A stretch of DNA of 62,986 nt, counting the filler, from Chiloscyllium plagiosum (Eukaryota): assembly GCF_004010195.1 (NCBI RefSeq). It is 5 parts of one record of this genome, joined end to end, with 100 filler letters (N's around TTAATTAATTAA, not from the genome) between each part and the next. Parts side by side here need not be neighbours in the genome. Positions count along the whole stretch, not along the records: positions 36,649 to 51,209 come from NC_057715.1; 4 more parts are not named here. The stretch is one strand, 5' to 3'. Position 1 is the stretch's first letter, and every line of letters starts with the position of its first letter. Position numbers and translations under genes: made by a program. Positions 37,104 to 49,397 of the stretch are shown here, piece by piece. Below the pieces are notes generated by a model that worked only from the letters and a program-made list of their open reading frames with translations, did no database searches and was not told the origin of the DNA.

Positions 37104-39857
37104 AGGACCTCACAGCTGTTGTTCATTTTGTGAAATAATCACATTAAGATTCCAGTTCCGCTTGGAAAGGCGTATGTATCTGTGTTTAAATGTCTGTGTT
37201 ACCTGTTGGTGTAACATTCCAGGCTCTGTCTTTGTGCAGGGACTGTCTCCTCACTGACATTCTGGAGTGAACCGCCCTGTTTATAAAGGAACAGGTGGTG
37301 GAATTGTCCATCAGTGATGTCTGGGTGAGAGGAGGGTCGTTCTAATAAGGGGGAGGGTGACGGGCACATTGCCAGCCTCCTGCGCCAACTGGTTTCTGGG
37401 TGATTTCATCAAAGCGCTTTCATATTTCAGTTGAGTATTGATAACACCTTGGAGCACCTGGGACTTAAACCCAAGCCCTCCTGGTCTAGGGGGAGGGATG
37501 CTGCCACTTTACCGCAAAAGTTCTCACACTTCTGACCATGAGACTATCAGAAATAGGGACAGAAGGAGGCTATTCAGCCCCTTGTGCCTGCTCCCCCATT
37601 CACTAGTATCCTGGCTGATCCCACATTCCTCATGTCCACCTTCCTGCCTTTCCCAGTAACCTTCGGTTCCCCGACTGATCGAGAATCTGTCTCAGCCTCA
37701 AATATCCACACGGACTCTGCCCCCACAGCTCTCTCTGTGACAAGGGGCTCCAAAGACTCTGAAACCTCACAGAGAGGAGACATTCCTCCCCATCTCAGTC
37801 TGAATTTGGTGCCTCTTTATTCTGAGGCTGTGCCCTCTGCTCCTAGATTCCCCTGTGAGGGGAAACATCGTCTCGCCCCGTTCAGAATCTGATATATGTT
37901 TCAATGAGGTCACCTCCCATTCTTCTCAACTCCAGTGATGATGTGGAGGTGCCGGTGTTGGACTGGGCTGGACAAGGTCAGAAGTCACACGACACCGGCC
38001 AGAGTCTGTGCTCCAACAGCTCCAATAATCCTGTTGGATATAACCCGGTGTCTGTGACATCTGACCCTAAACTCCTGTGAGTTGAGTCCCAACCTGTTTA
38101 ACGTATACATTTATATAGCAGCCTTGTTGATATTGTTCCCAGGATGTGGCCTTCTCTGGCAAGGCCAACATTGTTGCCCATCTCTAACTGCCCTTTGAAC
38201 TGAGTCAATCACTGGTCCATTTCAGGGCCAGCGCCATTGCTCTGGGACTGGAATCACTTGGGTGCTAGACTGGTGAGGCTCGTCAGGTTTCCCTCACTCA
38301 GAGAATGAGTGAACCATCTCCATCACACACAGGAACAAAAGTAGGCCATTCAGCCCATCAAGTCTACTCTGGCATTCAATGAGATCATGGCTGATTTGGT
38401 CATCCTCAACTCCACTTTCCTGCGTTTTCCCAATAACCCTTGATTCCCTTCCTGATTAGAACTCTGTCTTTCTCAGCCTTGAATATACTCAATGACCTGG
38501 TCCTGACAGCCCTCTGCAGTAAAGAATTTCACAGGTTCACCCCCCCCACCCCGACAGAAGACATTCCTCCTCATCCCTGTCTTCAGTCGGTGACTCCTTC
38601 CTCTGAGCTGATGTTCCTCCGGACCTAGACTCTCCCACTTCCCCAGCAGCTTGTCTATGGTGCAGAGTAGCTGGTCCTGAGCTCAGCTGATGAGATACTA
38701 GCCCTGGCAGAGTGAGGCCGTTCAGAGTGAAGGTGAGCTCCGTCCTGAAGGTAGACTCAGATGGGGAGACAGCTGTCCAGAGAGATGACAGCAGCACTAA
38801 ACCGAACAAAAGCAGGAAGTCCTGGAGAAACTCAGTGTCTGACTGCGTCTGCGGAGAGAGAAACTGAGTTCACGTTTCAGGTTGATGAGCCTTCGTCAGG
38901 TGAATGAGTTTCACAGCAAAGGTTAGTCGATTCACAGCAGTACCATAGTGATTGAATGCTGAGTAACTACTGGGTTGGTAAATAGTGAAGAGAATAGCAT
39001 TAGGGTTACAGAAGGATGTAGATGGTCTGATCAATGACAAATGGACTTCAATCCAAGTAAATGTGAGGTGATGCATTTAGACAGCTCAAGCAACACAAGG
39101 GAATATATAACAAATGGCAGCACCTTGGGGAGCACAGAGGATCAGAGGGACCTTGGTGTGTATGTCAAATGGACACTTAAGGTCGTGGGGCTGGTGGATG
39201 CAGTGGTCAAGAAGGCATTATGAAAGATTGGTCTTTATTAGTCAAGGTGTAGTGTTTAAGAGCAGGGAGGTGATGCTGGAACTGTATAAAACTTTAGTCA
39301 GACCACAGTGAGTGTACTGTGTGCAGTTCTGGAATTGCAGGAGGGGTGTGAGTGCACTGGAGAGGGTGCAGAGGGAGATTTACCAGGATGTTGCCTGGGC
39401 TGGAGACTTTCACTGATGAAGAGATTGGATAGAACATAGAACATTACAGCGCAGTACAGGCCCTTCGGCCCTCGATGTTGCACCGACCTGTCATACTAAT
39501 CTGAAGCCCATCTAACCTACACTATTCCATGTACATCCATATGCCTGTCCAATGACGACTTAAATGTACTTAAAGGTGGTGAATCTAGATTGGGGTTGTT
39601 TTCCTTAGAGTACAGGAGATTGAGGGGGACATGATTGAGATTTATAAAATAATGAGGGACATAGCTAGGAAGAAACATTTCCCCTTGATGGAGGGCTCAG
39701 TGACCAGGGTAGAGATTTAAGCTAAAGGGCAGGAGGTGTTCATCCAGAGGGTGGTGGGAATCTGGAACATCCTGCCTGTGGTGGGGGGGAGGAAGCAGAA
39801 ACCCTGAGCATTTACAAAGTTGTTGTGATTCTGTTCGCCGAGCTGGAAGTTTTTGTT

Positions 39858-39897
39858 GCAAACGTTTCGTCCCCTGGCTAGGTGACATCATCAGTGC
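39858..39897 (-). ncRNA. Minimal hammerhead ribozyme motif in pLTR
   Basis: GCA-CTGATGA-T-GTCACC-TAGCCA-GGGGAC-GAAA-C-GTT-TGC, with a GUU triplet. Confidence 0.7.
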
Positions 39898-40716
39898 TTG
39901 GGAGCCTCCTGCGAAGCGCTTCTTTGATGTTTCCTCCGGTGTTTATAGTGGTCTGTCCCTGCCGCTTCAGGTTGTCAGTTTCAGCTGTCCTAACTTGAGG
40001 AACTTCTCTCTTGGGGTCTGGTCATAATAACTTCAGCTCATTCCATTATCATGTCCTCGGGTATAGTAAAAGAACAAAATCAATTCTTTTTCATGTTATT
40101 TTTCTTCACACTATTTTCACCTTCATGTCACACTCTTCTATGCACACAGACTAGAGTTAGAGTGCATTTTCAAAGCTGTGGGAATTCTTTAGCACTTTGT
40201 ATATATTTATTATTCATATGAGATCCTTGACATTCAGTCTCAACAGTTAGTCAATTTTGGAGGTTATTCTCAGCAGCTCTTATCAAACAGACACTTGCAA
40301 CAGTTGTTGCCAGACAACAGTCTAGACTAGGAGCCCTGGTTAGTTTTTGCTTCAATAACTGAGGGGAGCAAAGGCTAATTCTATTACAGACCAAGGACGA
40401 AAATGAGGATAGAAACAGAAACCAATGGAAATGAACAGCAAATCAGGCAGTCATTATAGAAAGAGAGAAGTAGAGGAAATACATGGGATTTTAAAATGAT
40501 AGCACATGACAAAATAGCAGGCTTACAAATGGGTCAAGAACTCTCTATCCAAGCAATGACATTAGCATCCTGCTTCTTGTTCCATAACCTATTAGGGAGG
40601 GTTGTCATAATTATCTGGCGGATTTGATAATGCAAGGAAGTCTAAAGTTTGTGCGAAGATTTGTAGCTTGGGTGCTCGTTGTTGTGGTTCTGTTCGCCGG
40701 GCTGGAAGTTTTTGTT

Positions 40717-40756
40717 GCAAACGTTTCGTTCCCTGGCTAGGCTACATCATCAGTGC
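40717..40756 (-). ncRNA. Minimal hammerhead motif in pLTR, stem II partly degenerate
   Basis: GCA-CTGATGA-T-GTAGCC-TAGCCA-GGGAAC-GAAA-C-GTT-TGC. Confidence 0.55.
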
Positions 40757-40987
40757 TTGGGAGCCTCCTGCGAAGCGCTTCTTTGATGTTTCCTCCGGTG
40801 TTTTTAGTGGTCTGTCCCTGCCGCTTCCGGTTGTCAGTTAACAACTCCATCCACAAACACATCGACCTGGACCCAATATACCAACCACTACAGCGGACAG
40901 CTGAAACTGACAACCGGAAGCGGCAGGGACAGACCACTATAAACACCGGAGGAAACATCAAAGAAGCGCTTCGCAGGAGGCTCCCAA

Positions 40988-41027
40988 GCACTGATGATGT
41001 CGCCTAGCCAGGGGACGAAACGTTTGC
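40988..41027 (+). ncRNA. Minimal hammerhead ribozyme motif in the inverted pLTR
   Basis: GCA-CTGATGA-T-GTCGCC-TAGCCA-GGGGAC-GAAA-C-GTT-TGC. Confidence 0.7.
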
Positions 41028-43055
41028 AACAAAAACTTCCAGCTCGGCGAACAGAACCACAACAACGAGCACCCGAGCTACAAATCTTCGCACAAACTTT
41101 GAACATTTACAAAGTATTGAGATGACAAGGCTCATGGGTGAAGTGTGAGGAAACAGGCTTCGAATAGCTAGATGGCTGTTTCTGACTGGCACGGACTCAT
41201 TGGGCCGAAAGGTATTTTCCTGTGCTGTAGATCTCTATGACTGTAACATTACAGCACAGGAACCTACCATTCAGCCCCTCGATTCCATGTTTCTGTTTCT
41301 GCTCCTCGTGAGGCTCCTGTCAGCTCCTGGCCCTGACATCCCTCCATCACCATCTCCTTCCAATCCTTTCATCCCACGGCTTTATACAGCTTCCCCTTCA
41401 ACACACTGACATTATTCTCCTTGACCACTCCCGATGTGAGTGGGATCTTCCTTTACTTCGCTGTCTGGGTGAAATCATTTCCCCTGAACCTCTGATTGGA
41501 TTTATTGATGATTGTCTCAGGAATGCAGGAACAGGCCATTCAGCCCATTGAGCCAGCTCTGCTAGTCTAGATTACACCTGATCACCTCACTCCAAACCAT
41601 ACGTCTGTGTTAACAAGAGGAACTCGCTCGTTCCTGTGAGTAACTGGAAACCTGTCAATCTCAGCCTGAACTTTCCCAGTGAAGGAGCTTCCACAGTCTC
41701 TGGGGTCGGGAATTCTAAACACTCCCCACTGTCTGACTGAAGATGTTCCTCTTCATCGGAGTCCAACATAACCTACTCCTTATATGGGACCGTGCCCCCT
41801 GGTTCTACACCCCAGAATCAGGGAAAACCTACCCTGTCAGGCGTAAAAACTTTATAAGTTTCTATGAAACCCTTATTCTTCTAATCTCGAGAGATGGTCC
41901 ATTCTCCAAAATCTCTCCTCACAGGACACTCTCACCATCTCTGTCTGGTGAACCTCCTCTGCACCCCCTCCATGGTAAGTCTATCTCTCTTTAAGCAGGA
42001 TGACCAAACCTTCCCACAGTCCTCCGGGTGCAACCCTGCCTGGGTTCAGTCAGACAATGACTGTTGAAAGGTCACAAATATCCTTCAACAATAGATTCCA
42101 GTAGTTTCTGTCTTCCTGTGTTCAGGCTAACAGGTCTGCAGGTGCCCGGCGTCTCTCTCCGTCCTTTCTTAAACAATGCTGTGACATTTCCAACCTTGCA
42201 CTTGAGAGACACGAGCACCCGACTAGAGCTGGGGTGGGGTGGGGTGGGGGCATCGCCTGGAAATATCGGGGAGCAGATTTCAGCCTGAGCTGAGCAGGAA
42301 CTTCTTCACCCAGAGGGTTGTGAATCTGTGGAATTCCCCGCCCAGTTCAGACTACCTCGCTGAATGTTTTTAAAGCTCAGATAGATAGACTTTTGAACAG
42401 TTAAGTAATTAAGGGATACGGTGAGAGGGCGGGGAAGTGGAGCTGAGGGCACGAAAAGATCAGCCATGATCTTATTGAATGTCAGGGCAGGCTCGATGGG
42501 CCGAACGGCCTCCTCCTGCTCCCGGCCTTTACAATCTTACGACGCTTTCACCGAATGAAGTGGCTGTTGGCAGGTGGTTGATTCCGAATTCTCTGAACCC
42601 ACATGCGCCTGGGATTTATCGATTTTCAGTCCCATTAATTTTATCCAAGGTGACCTTTTTACTAATATTCAATTCCATCTTTATTTTTACCATGTTGAAA
42701 ATTAATTATTGCAGACAGAGCATTTGAGACATCCTCAATGAAGATAGTCACAATGTATTTATTTAGCTTTTTTATTATTACAGTTGTATTTTATAAACTC
42801 TCCCATTTCCATCTGTAATGGGCTGGCATTTATATGATTACTTGTTCATTCCCTGGACGTGGGTGTCACTGTCTGGGCCTAGCATTTATTGCTCGTCCCT
42901 AGTTACCCCTTGAGAAGATGGGGGTGAGCTGCCTTCTTGAACCGCTGCAATCCATGTGCTGTAGGTTGACCCACAATGCCCTCAGGGAGGGGAACTTGCA
43001 GGGCGTTGGGATCCCACGTACCTGTAGACCTTGTCCTCCTAGATAGAAGTGATAG

Positions 43056-43232
43056 AACACTGACCCTCCGACAATGCGGCACTCCCTCAGCACTGACCCT
43101 CCGACAGTGCAGCACTCCCTCAGCACTGACCCTCTGACAGTGTGGTGCTACCTCAATACAGGTCCTCTGACAGTGCGGACCTCCCTTAACCCCCGCTCTG
43201 TGACAATGCGGCATTCCCTCAGCACTGACCCT
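43056..43232. repeat. About 33-bp minisatellite, reverse orientation
   Basis: cactccctcagcactgaccctccgacagtgc units. Confidence 0.85.
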
Positions 43233-43411
43233 GCGACCATGGATATGTTGCTGACAGTGCAGAGTGTGGATGTGAATTATTTTAAGGTTAATTTTTATGT
43301 GTCAGTGCTGACTTTCAGAAGGAGTGATTTATTATGCCCCATCCTCTCCCTTCATTGCTCCAAAGCCTCTGATCTAATTTAGTGAGTTCCTCCTGTCAGG
43401 TTCAAATGGGT

Positions 43412-43537
43412 CCTGAAGAAGGGCTTATGCCCGAAACATCGATTCTCCTGTTCCTTGGATGCTGCCTGACCTGATGCGCTTTTCCAGCAACACATTTTCG
43501 GCTCTGATCTCCAGCATCTGCAGACCTCACTTTCTCC
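43412..43537 (+). mobile_element. Short PLE-derived element
   Basis: cctgaagaagggcttatgcccgaaac...ctcactttctc, flanked by a tcaaatgggt duplication. Confidence 0.7.
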
Positions 43538-43789
43538 TCAAATGGGTTATGGTTCCACCATCTTGACTCTCTCTCCGTCTGGATCTCCCTTTGTCTCCAT
43601 TAACTCTTTGATCAATCCCCTTCAATCTGCATTCTTTAATTCTTTGTCCTTTCCCCCACCCCATTGGGGACTGTTTCTCCTTGTTCCCTCTGTCCAGACC
43701 CCTCATGAATCTGAAAACCTTGATCAAATCTCCCCTCATCCTTCTGCCCTCCAAGGAGACAATCCCAGCATCTTCAGCCTGTTTTCACT

Positions 43790-44090
43790 TGGCGGGTGGC
43801 TCAGTGGTTAGCACTACTGCCTCGCAGCACCAGGGTCCCAGGTTCAATGCCGGCCTCATGTGACTGTCTGTGTGGATATTGCACATTCTCCCCGTGTCTG
43901 CGTGGGTTTCCTCTGATTTCCTCCCACAATCCAAAGATGTGCAGGTTGGGTGAATTGGCCATGGGAAATTGCCCATAGTGTTAGGTGCATTAGTCAGAGG
44001 GAAATGGGTATGGGTGGGTGACTCTTCGGAGGGTCAGTGTGGACTGGTTGGGCCGAAGGGCCTGTTTCCACACTGTAGGGAATCTAATCT
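43790..44090 (+). mobile_element. tRNA-derived SINE (HE1-like)
   Basis: ggtggctcagtggttagcactactgcc...gggcctgtttccacactgtagggaatctaatct. Confidence 0.85.
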
Positions 44091-45887
44091 GAGCCCTCCT
44101 TTTGAACATGACTGCAGTTTCTGTCGCTTCACAGCTGCTACCTGACCTGCTGAGTATTTTGCAGCTTTTTCTGTGTCTCAGTGCAGGTTTCCCGATGCTA
44201 CCCACACACGCTGAATAAATTGAAAACAACCTCCCTCTCTGTCAGTGACTCCTGTTGATTTCACTCCCCCGGCCCAGAAGCTATTTGCAGGAATGCTTTT
44301 AGTTGTGATTCATCCAGTTAGCGGAGGCACTCGGTGTGTAATTAAACTGTCGTTGGACTGATGGATGGAGCTGCGGAGATATTCATAACTGATACGAGAA
44401 CAATCAGTGATGTCAGAATTCTTTGTCTTTCAGTGCTCTGTACATCAGAGAAATGTTCAAAACTTCTTTGCCATTTTTCTTACTGTTTCTTTCCCAGGAT
44501 CAGTGTTAAACTGAAACACTGAGAGCATGTTGGGCCCTTGGTCATTGTTCAGTAGGCTTGTTTTCTGAGTGTTTCCCATTGCCCTGGTGATGTGCCAGGG
44601 GGAGGGGCAAGTGACACTGGGCAAGTCATCCTGAGCCCCAGGATGACAACCCGTCCATGCCTACCAGATATCTCAACCCAATCTAGTCCCACCTGCCAGC
44701 GCCCGGCCCATAACCCTCCAAACCCTTCCTATTCATATACCCATCCAAATGCCTCTTAAATGTTGCAATTGTACCAGCCTCCACCACATCCTCTGGCAGC
44801 TCATTCCATACACGTACCACCCTCTGCGTGAAAAAGTTGCCCTTTAGGTCTCTTTTATATCTTTCCCCTCTCACCCTAAACCTATGCCCTCTGGTTCTGG
44901 ACTCCCCCACTTCAGGGAAAAAAATTTGTCTATTCATCTGTTCTGATGACATGGGTTAGATTCCAACATCTAGATGGGGACATTTCAATTCAGTGGAAAT
45001 ATGGGTTTAAAAGAATTAATAAGAACTATTGTCAGTTGCCAGAAAACCCATTTGGGTGACTAATGTTCCTTCAGGAGGGAAATCTACTGTCCTTACCCAG
45101 TCCAGTCCGGGCTATTTTCCCTGGAGCATAGGATATTGAGAGGTGATCTTACAGAGGTTTAATAAATTCATGAGGGGTGGGTGATAGACAAAGTTTTTTT
45201 CCCTTGGATAGGTGAGTCCAGAACTAGGGGGCATAGGTTTAGGGTGAGAGGGGAAAGATTTAAAAGGGACCTAAGGGGNTAAAAGGCATTTGGATGGGTA
45301 TATGAATAGGAAGGGTTTGGAGGGATATGGGCCAGGTGATGGCAGGTGGGACTAGATTGGGTTGGGATATCTGGTCGGCATGGACGGGTTGGACCGAAGG
45401 GTCTGTTTCCGTGCTGTACATCTCTATGACTAACCATGTAACTCCAGACACACAGCAGTGTGCGTGACTCTTGTCTGGCCTCTGGTCAATCATAGAAACA
45501 GAGGAGCTAGGAGCAGCAGTGGGCCATTCGGCCCTCAAACCTGCCTTGCTATTTAATGTGGTCATGACTGATCATCCTAGTTAACCCCTCCCCCCATACT
45601 CCTTTAGCTCCAAGAGCTATACCTACCTGCTTTGTGAAAATACACAATGTTTTGGCTTCAGCTGTTGTATGTGGTGTTGAAGTGCACAGTGACTGAATGA
45701 ATATAAAGCGAGATGCTTCTCAGTGCCTGATGGTTTGTGTGCACTGGTCCCACTGCTATGGGCTGGTGTGCTTTAACCCGAGCGAGTTGGAGTGAATTCT
45801 CGAAGCTGGAGGTAGAGGTTGTTCAATGAGGAGTGAGCTGGCATTGTGCCTGGTGCTGAGGACAGTGGGTAGATGGTGGGCAGAGGG

Positions 45888-46089
45888 AGATCAGAGTCGA
45901 GAGTGTGGTGCTGGAAAAGCACAGCAGGTCAGGCAGCATGTGAAGAGCAGGAGAGTCGACGTTTTGGGCAAAAGCCCTTAATCAGGAATGGACATCTCCT
46001 GCTCCTCAGATGCTGCCTGACCTGCTGCGCTTGTCCAGCACCACACTCTCAGCTCTGATCTCCAGCATCTGCAGTCCTCACCGTCTCCT
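45888..46089. mobile_element. Short fold-back PLE-derived element
   Basis: Inverted arms of the same family. Flanking duplication ggcagagggagatcag. Confidence 0.7.
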
Positions 46090-47519
46090 GGCAGAGGGAG
46101 ATCAGTCTGACCAGCTCTGAGGAACAGGACATCAGAACATTGGATTCAGGAGCAGGATAAGGCCACTCTGCCCCTCGATCGTGCTGCACCATTTAACATG
46201 ATGGTGGCTGACCTGATTGAGATTTCAATTCCATTTCCCTATGTTTTCCCAGAAGCTTTCACTGGATTAACCGTCAGCACTCGGTTAATATATTCCCGGC
46301 CGAGACTTCAGAATTCCAGATTCTGACCGGCAAGAAGTTCCCTCATCCATGTCTTAAAAGGGAAACACTTTTTTTTCTTAAACCTTGCTCCCCCCCCCCC
46401 CGCTCCCCATACCTGAGGAACCCTCCCAGATTGGCAGACTCTCCAACTTTGTCCCATCCCTCAGGATCTTAGATATTTTAATAACAACATCTCATATTCT
46501 TCTAAACCCAACCTCCTGAACAGTTCCCCAAGTCAGGCAGGAGTTCCCTGAAGTCTTGCTGTGACTGTCCAGGAGCTTGATTAGACTGTACCTGGAGTAC
46601 TTTGTGCAATTCTGGTTCCTTTTCTCAGGAAAGATATGATTGCCATAAAGTAAATGCGATAGAGGTTCACCAGACTTGTTCCTGGGATCATGGGATTGTC
46701 CAAAGAAGAGGGGTTGGGTGAACTGGGGCCGTATTCTCCAGAGTTTCAGAGAATGAGAGATGACTTCACTGAAACCTACAAAATACTTATCGATATGCAG
46801 GTTGCATGTTCCCCCTGGTTCGGAGTCGAGATGAGAGAGCACAGTTTAAAAATAGGGGGATGTCATTTCGGATGGCGATAAGAATTGTTTTTACCCAGAG
46901 GGTTGTGAACCTTTGCAATTCTCTATCCCTGAGAATGATTAAGATTGAGATTGTAGATTTCTGAGTATTGGTGGGATAAAGGGTTATGGGGATGGGCTGA
47001 GTAAAACCTATTGAAGTGTCTGATCAGCCACAATGGTATTGAATGGTGGGGCAGGCTTGATGGGCTGAATGGCCAATTGCTGTTCCCATGACAAATGTGC
47101 AAAGAGAGGTCATTCTACAGCTCTGACTGTCACAGACAGAATGGGCTGAATGGCCTCATACCCCTCACAAAGATGCTTGACTGAGGGGCCAACAGCTCTG
47201 CATTGATGTGATTTTTGATCAGTTAGTGTCTCTGCCAACTGAGTGACATAAACAAACAGACAAGGAACAGGAGCAGGCCATTCGGCCCCTCGGGCCTGCT
47301 CCCCCATTCAGTACTATTCTGCCTGATTGGGGTTTTCAGCATGTCCTGTCCATGTGGAGACTGCGGAATGATATTCCTTTCATAAAGTCATCAAGAGGTG
47401 ACACTCACATGAGCAGGATAGGGACGCGTTTCCCTACTGGGGAAATAACAGGCCTTTCAGTCCACAGACACAATTAATGTCCTGGGGGCCTGGGTTCAAA
47501 TCCCACTGTGTCAGATTCA

Positions 47520-47972
47520 CACTGCACTGTCGGAGGGTCAGTGCTGAGGGAGTGCCGCACTGTCAGAGGGTAAATGCTGAGGGAGTGGGCACTGTCAGAG
47601 GGTCAGTGCTGAGGGAGTGCTGCACTGTGGGAGGGTTAGTGCTGAGGGACTGCCGCACTGTCAGAGGGTCAGTGCTGAGGGAGTGGGCACTGTCAGAGGG
47701 TCAGTGCTGAGGGAGTGCCGCACTGCCAGTGGGTCAGTGCTGAGGGAGTGCCGCACTGTTGGAGGGTCAGTGCTGAGGGAGTGCCGCACTGTGGGAGGGT
47801 CAGAGCTGAGGGAGTGACGGACTGTCTGACAGTCAGTGCTGAGGGAGTGCTGCACTGTCGGAGGGTCAGTGCTGAGGGAGAGCCACACTGTCAGAGAGTC
47901 AGTGCTGAGGGAGTGCCGCACTGTCGGAGTATCAGTGCTGAGGGAGTGCCGCACTGTCGGAGAGTCAGTGTT
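47520..47972. repeat. About 33-bp dispersed minisatellite
   Basis: About 14 imperfect copies of the same unit. Confidence 0.9.
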
Positions 47973-48827
47973 AATTAAGGGATGAATCATGTGTAACTGG
48001 GATGTGGAGCAACATCTTTACTGAGAGGAGGTGAATGTTTCCAATGACCTCTTGCTGTGAAAGCTCAGTCCTTCAACATTAATAAGCCTAAGGTTGATGT
48101 GTTTCAGTCTGATTCTTCAGTTTGATGTGGATTGATTTATTCCTGTCACATGTACCAAGGTACATGTTACACAGGCAGATTGTCCTGTACGAGTGCATCA
48201 GAGTGGCCAAGTGCGGAAAACAGTATTCCAGCTGTCGAGAAGGTGCAGTGAGAGATCAGAATTAACATATAAGAGGGCCATTCAAAACTCTGATAACAAC
48301 AGGGAAGGAGTCGTTCTTGCATCTGTTGGTCCCTGTATTCAGAGTTTTATATCTTCTGTCCGACAGAAGTGGGTGGGACAGAGTGTAACGGCTCTTTAAT
48401 TCGGTTGACAGCTTTACTAAACCAGAGGGTAGTATAGATGAGGTCGATGTGGGTTTCAGGTGGCAATGTAGTGTTCATGTTGGCATTCTGCCATGGTCTG
48501 GAACAGCACAGCAGTCTCAAGAGGCTGAATGGTCTCTGGTCCCAGGTTCCTGGGGCAATGATTGAGGAAGAGTTGGTCAATGGTTACCTCTGACAATGGG
48601 GAAAGCAGCACTATGCCTGGGATCTTGCTGTGCTTGCAGTTGGTTTCTGCAAATGAGGGTCAAGGTCAGGGTTGGGTTCACTGGGTAGCTGCAGGAGCTG
48701 GGAGGTAGTGGGTTTGGTGTTTGATGGTGAATTATCCCATTGGGCTGAGGAGGCTCTGTTAGCTTCCTGTCACTGTCTTCTGTTTAGAATGAGCTGTTTG
48801 ATTCCTGGTCCTTGTCTGTCTTTGCAG

Positions 48828-49079
48828 ACCTTGATTACACCGTCCGAATCCTTCTCTACTCGATCATCTTCCTCCTAAGTGTTTTCGGCAATACGATGGT
48901 TATTTTGGTGCTGATTCTCAACAAGAGATTGCGGACAGTCACCAACTCCTTCCTGCTCTCACTGGCCCTGAGTGACCTGATGGTGGCTGTTTTCTGTATG
49001 CCATTCACTCTCATCCCCAACCTGCTGGGAGACTTCATCTTTGGGCAGGCCATGTGTAAGATCACCGCGTATTTCATGG
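48828..49079 (+). CDS. CCKBR: Cholecystokinin/gastrin receptor (CCKBR/CCK2R type), internal exon for TM1-TM3
   Basis: DLDYTVRILLYSIIFLLSVFGNTMVILVLILNKRLRTVTNSFLLSLALSDLMVAVFCMPFTLIPNLLGDFIFGQAMCKITAYFM. Class A GPCR motifs GN and LALSD; RLRTVTN and CMPFTL resemble CCK2R/Xenopus CCK-X more than CCK1R (RMRTVTNIF, CMPFNL). Acceptor tttgcAG, donor GTaagc, 252 bp. Confidence 0.88.
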
Positions 49080-49149
49080 GTAAGCGACGGCTCACCTCTT
49101 AACCTGAGGGTGGGAGCAGGAATATAGACTTATCAGGGACTCACAGGGA

Positions 49150-49397
49150 ATGTGTTTCTGTGTGTGTGAGTCTGTGTCTGTGTATGTCAGTTTGTATGCA
49201 TCACTCTGTGTCACTGTGTTTGTGTGTATGTGCTCTGTGTGTGGGTGTATGTGTTTGTCTCTGGGTTTGTGTGTATGCCTCTGTGTGTCTGTCTATGTCT
49301 GTGTGTGTGTGTGTGTGTCTGTGTGCTCTGTGTGTGTGTGTGCTATGTGTGTCCTCTGTATGTATGTAGGTGTGTCTGTCTGTGTCTGTGTGTGTGT
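49150..49397. repeat. Degenerate (TG)n tract
   Basis: Direct inspection; abuts an N gap. Confidence 0.9.

Larger units (their letters stand above)
39821..41100 (-). mobile_element. Composite non-autonomous Penelope-like insertion: pLTR, about 650 bp captured DNA, pLTR, inverted pLTR
   Basis: Three copies of the same pLTR (39821-39990 minus, 40644-40838 minus, 40839-41100 plus). Flanked by ga(g/a)catttacaaagt at 39806-39820 and 41101-41115. Splits a CR1 3' end that resumes after 41101. Confidence 0.8.
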
